Shown here piece after piece: positions 56,971-64,000 of a DNA stretch of 64,000 nt (the first letter of the stretch is position 1; each line of letters starts with the position of its first letter). The stretch lies in the NCBI GenBank assembly GCA_963668675.2, contig CAXXMB010000002.1, positions 928,001 through 992,000 on the forward strand, written 5' to 3'. A model generated the notes under the pieces. That model did not search any database, had not been told where the DNA came from, and saw nothing but the letters and a program-made list of their open reading frames with translations. This stretch comes from an uncultured Desulfatitalea sp. GTDB lineage: Bacteria; Desulfobacterota; Desulfobacteria; Desulfobacterales; Desulfosarcinaceae. The position numbers and the translations under genes were made by a program.

Positions 56971-58458
56971 ATGAAACCTGCGTCATTTGTCATTGGTGCC
57001 GCCGACGGGCGGTTGATAGAGATGCCCGGGCGCATGGGCAATCGGCACGGCCTGATCGCCGGGGCGACCGGCACCGGCAAGACCGTCACCTTGCAGGTGC
57101 TGGCCGAAGGTTTCTCACGAATGGGAGTCCCGGTCTGGGCAGCCGACATCAAGGGTGACCTGTCGGGGCTGGCCGCCCCCGGTCAACCGCATCCCAAGAT
57201 CGACGAACGTCTTGAAGCGATCCCCATGCCCGATTACCGCCAGCAGCCATCGCCGTCCCTCTTCTGGGACATCGACGGGCAAAGCGGTCATCCGGTGCGT
57301 GCGACACTTTCGGAGTTGGGCCCCCTGCTGTTGAGCCATCTGCTCGAACTCAACGACACCCAGACCGGCGTCATCTATGCCGCCTTCGACTGGTCCGACG
57401 ACCAGGGCCTGCTTCTGTTGGATCTTAAGGACCTGCGGTCGCTGATCTCCTGGATGTCCGAACACCGCTCCGACCTTAAAAGTGATTATGGCAATATCTC
57501 CTCAGCCAGCGTGGGTGCTATTCAGCGCCGCTTGCTCGTACTGGAGGAGCAGGGCGCCGACCGTTTTTTCAGCGAACCGGCACTGCAACTCAGCGACCTG
57601 ATGCACACCGACTTCGGCGGACGCGGGGTGGTAAGCCTGTTCGACGCCGGTCGCCTCGTTCATCAGGCCCCGCGGGTCTATAGTGCGTTCCTGCTGTGGC
57701 TCTTGGCCGAGCTGTTCGAGCAGTTGCCCGAGGTGGGCGATGCACCGATCCCTAGATTGGTCCTCTTTTTCGATGAGGCCCACCTGCTGTTCGCTAACGC
57801 GACCGACGCTTTGCTGAAAAAGATCGAACAGGTGGTGCGCCTGATCCGCTCCAAGGGGGTCGGCGTCTATTTCATCACCCAGAATCCGACAGACCTGCCT
57901 GAGACGGTTCTCGGACAGCTGGGGCTTAAAGTTCAGCATGCGCTCAGGGCATTTACACCCAAAGACCAGCGGTCCATTAAGGCCGTCGCCGACGGTTTTC
58001 GTCCCAATCCGTTGTTCGATACAGCCCGGACGCTTACCGAACTGGGTACCGGCGAAGCGCTGGTGTCGGTTCTCGATCAGGATGGCCGCCCCACGCCCGT
58101 CGAACGAACCCTCGTTGCACCTCCCGAGGGGCAGATCGGCCCCCTGTCCGTAGAATCGCGCCAAACGCTGTTAGGGCGGTCGCCGTTGAAAGGGCGGTAC
58201 GACCAGGCGGTGGATCGGGAGTCGGCATACGAACTGCTGAAACAGCGTACCGAAGACGCCAGGGCAGCCACAGAGCAGGAAGCCGAACAGAAGCGATATG
58301 AAAAGGAGATGGGCCAACAGAAGCAACCCGGGCGTCAGCGACAGTCCATGGGAGAGGCCATGGCCAAAAGCGCTGCCCGGGCCATCGGCAGCCAGATCGG
58401 CCGTCAGATTGTTCGGGGTGTGTTGGGCGCTATTTTCGGGCGCTCATCCCGGCGGTAA
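56971..58458 (+). CDS. HerA-like ATPase (DUF853/YjgR family)
   Basis: NRHGLIAGATGTGKT, ADIKGDLSG, FFDEAH, RLIRSKGVGVYFITQNP, QHALRAFTP. ATG follows AGGAGG. Confidence 0.92.
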   Translation: MKPASFVIGAADGRLIEMPGRMGNRHGLIAGATGTGKTVTLQVLAEGFSRMGVPVWAADIKGDLSGLAAPGQPHPKIDERLEAIPMPDYRQQPSPSLFWDIDGQSGHPVRATLSELGPLLLSHLLELNDTQTGVIYAAFDWSDDQGLLLLDLKDLRSLISWMSEHRSDLKSDYGNISSASVGAIQRRLLVLEEQGADRFFSEPALQLSDLMHTDFGGRGVVSLFDAGRLVHQAPRVYSAFLLWLLAELFEQLPEVGDAPIPRLVLFFDEAHLLFANATDALLKKIEQVVRLIRSKGVGVYFITQNPTDLPETVLGQLGLKVQHALRAFTPKDQRSIKAVADGFRPNPLFDTARTLTELGTGEALVSVLDQDGRPTPVERTLVAPPEGQIGPLSVESRQTLLGRSPLKGRYDQAVDRESAYELLKQRTEDARAATEQEAEQKRYEKEMGQQKQPGRQRQSMGEAMAKSAARAIGSQIGRQIVRGVLGAIFGRSSRR

Positions 58459-58524
58459 AACGGGGCCGAGAGCGCACTCCCAAAGCAGGGTATAGGCGCA
58501 GGGTAGGGGCGAGAGGACGCTCCG

Positions 58525-59082
58525 TCAGGGAGCGACCTCACGGCTTTGAATACCGGCAGTCTGAAGGCCGGTGTCGCTGCAGAAGGCTTCGGTGAAGCGC
58601 TTCTCGATCTTGTAAGCCTCCATCTCACGGACAAAGTGCATCGTTTGGGCGTCCTCCCATCCGGTCGGCTGGGTACCCCTGACCTTGTTTTGAAAATAGT
58701 GGGTCATTTCATGGGCCAGGATCGCCTTTCTGCGGCAAGGTGAGAGAAAACTGCCGACATAGATCACACCGGAATCGACGTCATACAGGCCGATGATCTC
58801 ATCCAGATAGAGCTTGAGAATCTTGCGGGCGCCCTCCTTACCGTACTCGCTCTCCCAGCTCAGGTAGGCATTCTGATTGTTTTCAATGAAAACCTGTTTG
58901 AGTTCGTCGATGTCCACATAACGGATCGAGGGCATCTCGAGCCGCTGCTCGATCTTCATCTGACGGGCAGTCCATCGAAATATCTCCTCGGCCGTCTGGC
59001 AGAGCCCCTGCCCGGCCCCAAGAAGAATCACAACCCCTGCCAGCAGGGGGATACATATCAGGAATCTCTTGTACGGCGTCAC
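58525..59082 (-). CDS. Hypothetical secreted protein with HEXXH motif
   Basis: Signal peptide; GLYD...ILAHEMTHYFQ...EMEAY. Confidence 0.7.
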   Translation of the reverse strand: MTPYKRFLICIPLLAGVVILLGAGQGLCQTAEEIFRWTARQMKIEQRLEMPSIRYVDIDELKQVFIENNQNAYLSWESEYGKEGARKILKLYLDEIIGLYDVDSGVIYVGSFLSPCRRKAILAHEMTHYFQNKVRGTQPTGWEDAQTMHFVREMEAYKIEKRFTEAFCSDTGLQTAGIQSREVAP

Positions 59083-59176
59083 CGAATCGATCTCCTTTCA
59101 CTCTCTCTAAAAGGAGTATCGACCCTGTGGCGGATTTCTTTATCGCCGCATCAACATTTCCATATTATGGCAGGCG

Positions 59177-60682
59177 CTATTTTCCCTTCACCCCCATTTC
59201 GCGCAGTTGGATCCAGTCGTGAATCTCCATGATCTCCCTGGAGAGGTGGTAGCGCCCATCGTCGAACACCCCGTAGTCGCCGCCGCCGGCCATGGCCGAA
59301 ACGAACCGGGTGGTGTTGGCGTAAAAGAGCCAGGTATTGCACCAGCGCCGCTCGATGGCCTCGTCGAACAGGCTGCCGCCATTGGCGGTCCCCTGGGCAT
59401 ATCCCTTCCGCCAGGCGCTTTCCATCAACTGGGTGGCGCTCCTCACCTGTCCATTGGTGGTGGCCAGGGTATTGTCCAGGCGGTCAAAATGGCCGCGCAC
59501 CCATGAGGTGCCGTGGCAGGCCAAGCAGGTGCGCTGCATGGTCTGCCGTCGCGCCTTGACCTTGTCGGCGCCGATGAGAAATTGGCCGGCCGGGGTGCCG
59601 TCCAGGTCGGTGGGCAGCGGCAGACCCGCACCGTTGCGGATCATGGTGGTATCCGGCGACTTGGGCTGGTGATGCGCATAGATCAGGCCAAAGAGACGCC
59701 ATCCCAAACGATCGCTCATCTGATGGGTGCGCTTGCTGACGACCTCGCCATCGCTGTCCACCACCAGGCTGATATGGCACACGGCACAGGTCGGCGCGGT
59801 AAAATCCCTGCCCACCGTCCAGGGAACCTGACTAAAATCGAACTTATGGTACTGACTCGAAAAGAGGTTGCCGTGCTTGCTGGTGGCGTACACCTTGTAG
59901 GCCGGCACGTCCGGACCGGAGTGGCACTCCCGGCAGGTTTGAGGTTTGCGCGCCGTTTCGATGGAGAAGTGGTGCCGGGTGTGGCAACTGCTGCAGGCGC
60001 CACGGCTACCGTCCAGATTGATGCGGCCAACACCCTGATTGGGCCAGCCTTTGATGATGGGAAACGCCAGCTCCCCCACATCGGTCTCTCGCAGCTCCGT
60101 TCCAGCCATGGCCAGCCGGGTCCCGTGGCAGTAGTAACACGCCTCGGCCTGCGTCTTCTCGTCGGCAGCGGCGATGGTCAACCGTCCGGCTTTGAACGCC
60201 ATCTGCCCGAGAATCGTCCGCTCCAGATCGTTATAGAGCGCGTTGTCGGCCAGGTTGGTATGGGCCATGGCCATGACATTATCTGCATACTGTTTGCGCT
60301 CCTCGGCATGACAGGTGGCACAGTCGTCCGGGCTGACGACCATATGGATCTCGTGGCCGTTGTGCTCGAATGTGTCGGCATGGGCATCGCCGCGCAGGGT
60401 GTGGCATTCGGCGCACCCCACCGCCGTGTTGCGCAACGCCTCGGGCACGTTTTGGTTCGACACCTTGCGGGCCAGCCCCTCGAGCTGCAGGGCCTCCTGC
60501 ACCGTCGTTTTGGCGTGGCGGCTCTGTTCCCAATCGGCTACGATACCGGGGTGGTAAATCGAATGGCAATCGATGCACTCCTCGGTGGCCGAACTGAGCT
60601 TCACTTGAGTCCCGGTGGCCGGAAAAGCCATGACGGGCCAAATCAGGGCAGACAGGACCAACAAAAAAGCGATACGATACAT
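59177..60682 (-). CDS. Octaheme cytochrome c, hydroxylamine oxidoreductase-like
   Basis: Signal peptide and eight CxxCH motifs (CIDCH, CAECH, CATCH, CYYCH, CSSCH, CRECH, CAVCH, CLACH); PNQGVGRIN, SKHG. Confidence 0.88.
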   Translation of the reverse strand: MYRIAFLLVLSALIWPVMAFPATGTQVKLSSATEECIDCHSIYHPGIVADWEQSRHAKTTVQEALQLEGLARKVSNQNVPEALRNTAVGCAECHTLRGDAHADTFEHNGHEIHMVVSPDDCATCHAEERKQYADNVMAMAHTNLADNALYNDLERTILGQMAFKAGRLTIAAADEKTQAEACYYCHGTRLAMAGTELRETDVGELAFPIIKGWPNQGVGRINLDGSRGACSSCHTRHHFSIETARKPQTCRECHSGPDVPAYKVYATSKHGNLFSSQYHKFDFSQVPWTVGRDFTAPTCAVCHISLVVDSDGEVVSKRTHQMSDRLGWRLFGLIYAHHQPKSPDTTMIRNGAGLPLPTDLDGTPAGQFLIGADKVKARRQTMQRTCLACHGTSWVRGHFDRLDNTLATTNGQVRSATQLMESAWRKGYAQGTANGGSLFDEAIERRWCNTWLFYANTTRFVSAMAGGGDYGVFDDGRYHLSREIMEIHDWIQLREMGVKGK

Positions 60683-60811
60683 GGAATTCTCCTGAAGCGG
60701 TATTGTTAGGATATCACCTTCTCCTTAACCTCAGAGCACCCATATTTCAAGTGGTTAAGAAACCCCGGCGGAGCAAGCGGGTCTCAATATTGAACGCAGC
60801 CGGGGGCCTTC

Positions 60812-60853
60812 TCGCACCTCAGCCGTCAGCAGTCAACCTTCAGTCTTCAGCCT
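60812..60853. repeat. Heptamer tandem repeat (TCAGCCT-like, six units)
   Basis: TCGCACC TCAGCCG TCAGCAG TCAACCT TCAGTCT TCAGCCT just after the sodC stop. Confidence 0.6.
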
Positions 60854-60860
60854 AACTCGC

Positions 60861-61391
60861 CTACCTTCCCACCACCCCACATGCCACTCGCGCACCGCCT
60901 CCCCCCATCGGTGCAGGTCGATCCGAATAGGTGTCGCCGCCGGCATGGATCATCAGCGAACGCCCTCTCAGATCGGTCAATTTTAGACGCGGCGCCAGAA
61001 CGGGATGGGTCGCCCGGCCTTTCTCATCCATATAGAGCGCCGGCAGGTCGCCGAGGTGGCCCTGGCCATATGGCCCCGAGTGCACTCCGGTGTCCGCGGG
61101 GTCATAATGGCCGCCGGCAGCCAGTCCGGGAACCATCTCGCCATCCCTCTCTCCTGGGCCGCAATTGCCCTCGGTGTGCAGATGGAATCCATGCAAGCCA
61201 GGTGTCAGATTACGAAGATCAGGAGTGAAAAGCGTCCCATAGGGTGTTTCAGAGACCTTGATCGTGCCAATAAATTCTCCAAGGCCGTCTGCCGTGAGCT
61301 TATGGATTTCAATGGTATTGGGATCCTTGGGGTTGCTGCAGGCCCAAAAGGCTATCACAAGGATGGCAAACAGGATGATGGTTTTTCTCAT
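60861..61391 (-). CDS. sodC: Cu/Zn superoxide dismutase (probable lipoprotein)
   Basis: HGFHLH, GGHYDP, GHLGDLP, IHAGGD, RVACG; lipobox-like FWAC. Confidence 0.94.
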   Translation of the reverse strand: MRKTIILFAILVIAFWACSNPKDPNTIEIHKLTADGLGEFIGTIKVSETPYGTLFTPDLRNLTPGLHGFHLHTEGNCGPGERDGEMVPGLAAGGHYDPADTGVHSGPYGQGHLGDLPALYMDEKGRATHPVLAPRLKLTDLRGRSLMIHAGGDTYSDRPAPMGGGGARVACGVVGR

Positions 61392-61425
61392 ATTTTAATC
61401 CTCCCATACACGGTTCGGGTTTCGG

Positions 61426-62724
61426 TCATTTGGATCGTCGAGACCAGCAGGCGTTCGTATAGGCCTGCAGAGCTTTATGAACGCTCAACCCGGCAATGGC
61501 TTCGGGGTTGGCGTGTAACGATCTGCTTACGATGTCAGCGTAAAGAGCGGGCAAATGCTCCTGCATCAGGGCTTCGGGTATTGACCGGCGCAAATTCCGC
61601 ATCAACTGCGCAAGCGCCTCGCGGGCCTCGGGAAAGGACCAGTAGTATCGGATGCGATCCCGCAGGCTGTGGTGCCTCAAATCATGCAACTCTTCATCGC
61701 TTCCCCGCAAATGCGATTGCCAATGGGCCGGATGGGCCAGCATCAAGCGCTCCATCACCTCGGCCAGGCGGGCCGGCTCGTCAACTCCCGGCAGGGCCGC
61801 TTCGATATCTCCCAGGGCATATAGGGTCCGGCGCAGGGCAAACGTCAGACACGGTCCCACCTTCAGCAGCGTAAAATGGTCATCCACCAACTGCCGCAGC
61901 GCCTCCGGCGGTTGGTAATCGGTGGCATGCACTTCAAAGGTCATGCTGCCGGGAAGCCGATCATACGCAGCAGATAGACGTGCTGCCGGCCCATGCCGAT
62001 ATACGGCCACCTGGCGGTCGCCGAACTCCACGCCAGGCTGCACCACTACCGCCAGAATCCTCAGCCACGCTTCCTGCAGCCCCTTTTTATAAAATGCCCG
62101 CTGGAAGGCATCCAGGGTCTGATCCAGCTGGTGTGGATCGGTCGGTATCACAGCCCTGCCCTCTTGCAAATCGCCACCGGGCAGAGGTGTTTCATTACCG
62201 ATCACATAGAGCGGGCGGTGTTCATCGCACAACTGTTTGGCAGCATCCTCCGCAGCAGCGCACAACTCGGCCGCACGTCGGGCAGCGAGTTCGAGGGGTA
62301 GCAGTGGGCCGGGGTCGGAAGCACAACGGGCTCCAGTATCCAGATGGATCTTTACAAAACCGGCGAAAACGCAGCGCCGTACCAACGCTTCGGTAAGGGC
62401 CATGGCCTCCTCTGCCCTTGCCCCCTTCCATAAATGGGGCCCCAAATGGTCGGCGCCGATTAACAGCCGCCTGGCCGGCAACCCCTTATGCCGGGCCAGG
62501 CGAAGCAGGTCGTCGACAAAGGTTTCGGGCGTCATCCCGGTGTATCCGCCGAATTGATTGACTTGATTGGCAGTCGCCTCCACCAGCAGAAAGCGGTCGG
62601 CTGACCGGGCCATCTCCATGGCTGAGACCAGCACCACGGGATGGGCTGAGCAAACTGCGAACATCCCAGGAGAGTGCCCCTGCTCATGCCGCTCTTTCAG
62701 TTTAGAAAGCCATTGATTCTCCAT
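61426..62724 (-). CDS. GatZ/KbaZ family (tagatose-bisphosphate aldolase non-catalytic subunit / tagatose-6-P epimerase)
   Basis: VCSAHP, EATANQVNQFGGYTGMTP, DHLGP, VVQPGVEF, HATDYQ, LKVGP, DRIRYYW. Confidence 0.9.
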   Translation of the reverse strand: MENQWLSKLKERHEQGHSPGMFAVCSAHPVVLVSAMEMARSADRFLLVEATANQVNQFGGYTGMTPETFVDDLLRLARHKGLPARRLLIGADHLGPHLWKGARAEEAMALTEALVRRCVFAGFVKIHLDTGARCASDPGPLLPLELAARRAAELCAAAEDAAKQLCDEHRPLYVIGNETPLPGGDLQEGRAVIPTDPHQLDQTLDAFQRAFYKKGLQEAWLRILAVVVQPGVEFGDRQVAVYRHGPAARLSAAYDRLPGSMTFEVHATDYQPPEALRQLVDDHFTLLKVGPCLTFALRRTLYALGDIEAALPGVDEPARLAEVMERLMLAHPAHWQSHLRGSDEELHDLRHHSLRDRIRYYWSFPEAREALAQLMRNLRRSIPEALMQEHLPALYADIVSRSLHANPEAIAGLSVHKALQAYTNACWSRRSK

Positions 62725-63117
62725 GACCGCTTCGGCGCCCCACTGCTTCATTCAGGCTGTATAGAGGAACCATAGTGACCCATTCGTATTTGCGCAACAT
62801 GAAATGAATTCCTTTCGGCTCGGAACAAATTTGTACCTGAAAAAGGGCAAAAAAGGTAATTTCGCGCCATTAGGAGCATTCTTGGATTTAGGTATTATAA
62901 TTAAAAACAATACATTTTTCAGGTGGTACACATTATGCTTATTTTTAGGGGTTTAACAATCAGGCCGGGTGGACGACGCACACCCTTCAGGCATCTTACC
63001 CAGTACTCGCTTTCAGCGACAGCCGGATCGGCACAGTTCTCATGACGTTGCAGCTTACCGAATGGTTTTTCGCGTCGCCCTATTCCCAACACATCAACTA
63101 AATGATGGAGAGTGAAG

Positions 63118-64000
63118 ATGAAAAAGAGGATGATTCCCATACTATTGCTATTGTCGTTGGTCCTTTCCCCCCTTGCCCAGGCGGCAGAAGAGGAGACCAA
63201 GCCCCCTCTCCTGGTAAAGGGGCCTGAAAAGGCCGCCCAGGTGAACTATCAAACCATGGAGGAGGGCAAGCTGCTCGTTTCGGTGACCGACGCCGCCGAG
63301 GAGCCGGTCATGGGATTGACCATCAATGACTTCTCGATTCTGCAGGGGGTTAAAACCGCCAAGATTGTATCCGTTGAGCCCCTGGCCACCGACAAGGATG
63401 TCCCGCTCAACATCGTGCTGGTTATCGACAACTCCTATTCCATGTCCCATCGCAAAGCCATCGAGCCGCTCAGGAAAGCATTGAGGGCGTTTTATGACAC
63501 CCTGCGCCCCATCGACACCGTGTCGGTGGTCGTCTTCGACGATGACCGCACCGTATCGGTCGACGGGCATGCGCTGCACGTCAAGACGCTTCAGACGGGC
63601 CAGTTCGAAGAGCTGCGGAACTTTATCAACAAGAGCATGGACGAAGGCCTGACCGAAGGCACCTATCTGCACGACGCCATGCTGGCCGGCCTCGACATTG
63701 CGCGGCGGATGCCGGAGAAGAGCAACAAGTTCCTGGCGGTTTTCACCGACGGAGAGGACATCAACTCAACGGTCGGTGAAAAAGAGATCGGCGCCGCCGT
63801 CAAAAAAATTACCAACTTCTCCGCCTATGCCGTGGACTACATGCCCGGCGCCGGCACGAACCCATTTCTGAATGCGTTTTCGACAAGCAACAATGGACGC
63901 GTCTGGAAGGCATCGTCGGCCACAGACCTGCTGCCGGTGTTCAAAGCGTTCTCATCCACCCTTCTGCACCGTTATGTTGTGGCCTACCGCTTTCTCGAAG
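63118..64000 (+). CDS. Secreted VWA-domain protein (runs off the window; not in ORF track)
   Basis: MKKRMIPILLLLSLVLSPLAQA signal; LNIVLVIDNSYSM (MIDAS DxSxS), GTYLHDA, VFTDGED. Frame is open to the window end. Confidence 0.88.
   Translation, partial: MKKRMIPILLLLSLVLSPLAQAAEEETKPPLLVKGPEKAAQVNYQTMEEGKLLVSVTDAAEEPVMGLTINDFSILQGVKTAKIVSVEPLATDKDVPLNIVLVIDNSYSMSHRKAIEPLRKALRAFYDTLRPIDTVSVVVFDDDRTVSVDGHALHVKTLQTGQFEELRNFINKSMDEGLTEGTYLHDAMLAGLDIARRMPEKSNKFLAVFTDGEDINSTVGEKEIGAAVKKITNFSAYAVDYMPGAGTNPFLNAFSTSNNGRVWKASSATDLLPVFKAFSSTLLHRYVVAYRFLE

Noticed and set aside
63148..63672. 174-aa minus-strand ORF
   Set aside because: It is antisense to the plus-strand VWA gene, which the track missed because it lacks a stop in the window.

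Overview
This is a GC-rich bacterial chromosomal window. Its gene content (beta-oxidation clusters, octaheme cytochrome, cytochrome bd, Tat-exported Fe-S protein) suggests a Desulfobacterales-like anaerobe, which is an inference only. It is mostly housekeeping and metabolic DNA: ogt, a membrane cyclase, trpEGD(C)F without trpBA, TetR-RND efflux, acyl-CoA metabolism, queG-like, cydDCAB, ftsH, aroF-aroB, a beta-oxidation operon, uppP, a radical SAM/ABC operon, YjgR-like ATPase, sodC, gatZ-like and a truncated VWA gene. I saw no rRNA, tRNA, CRISPR array or transposase. The most notable signals are non-coding or absent from the ORF track. (1) A DUF559-type nuclease gene sits between trpD and trpC, bracketed by about 110-157 bp self-complementary direct repeats that supply its stop codon and probably its RBS. 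(2) Two Trp-rich leader peptides with nearly identical terminators lie upstream of trpE and aroF, 27 kb apart. (3) There is a possible lysine-acetylation circuit: a CoA-transferase-GNAT fusion lacking its catalytic Glu, a USP-USP-deacetylase fusion and two acyl-CoA ligases. (4) Two copies of a MITE-like palindromic element are present. (5) A 51-aa zinc-ribbon ORF was missed by the track. All functional calls come from motif recognition by eye; no searches were run.
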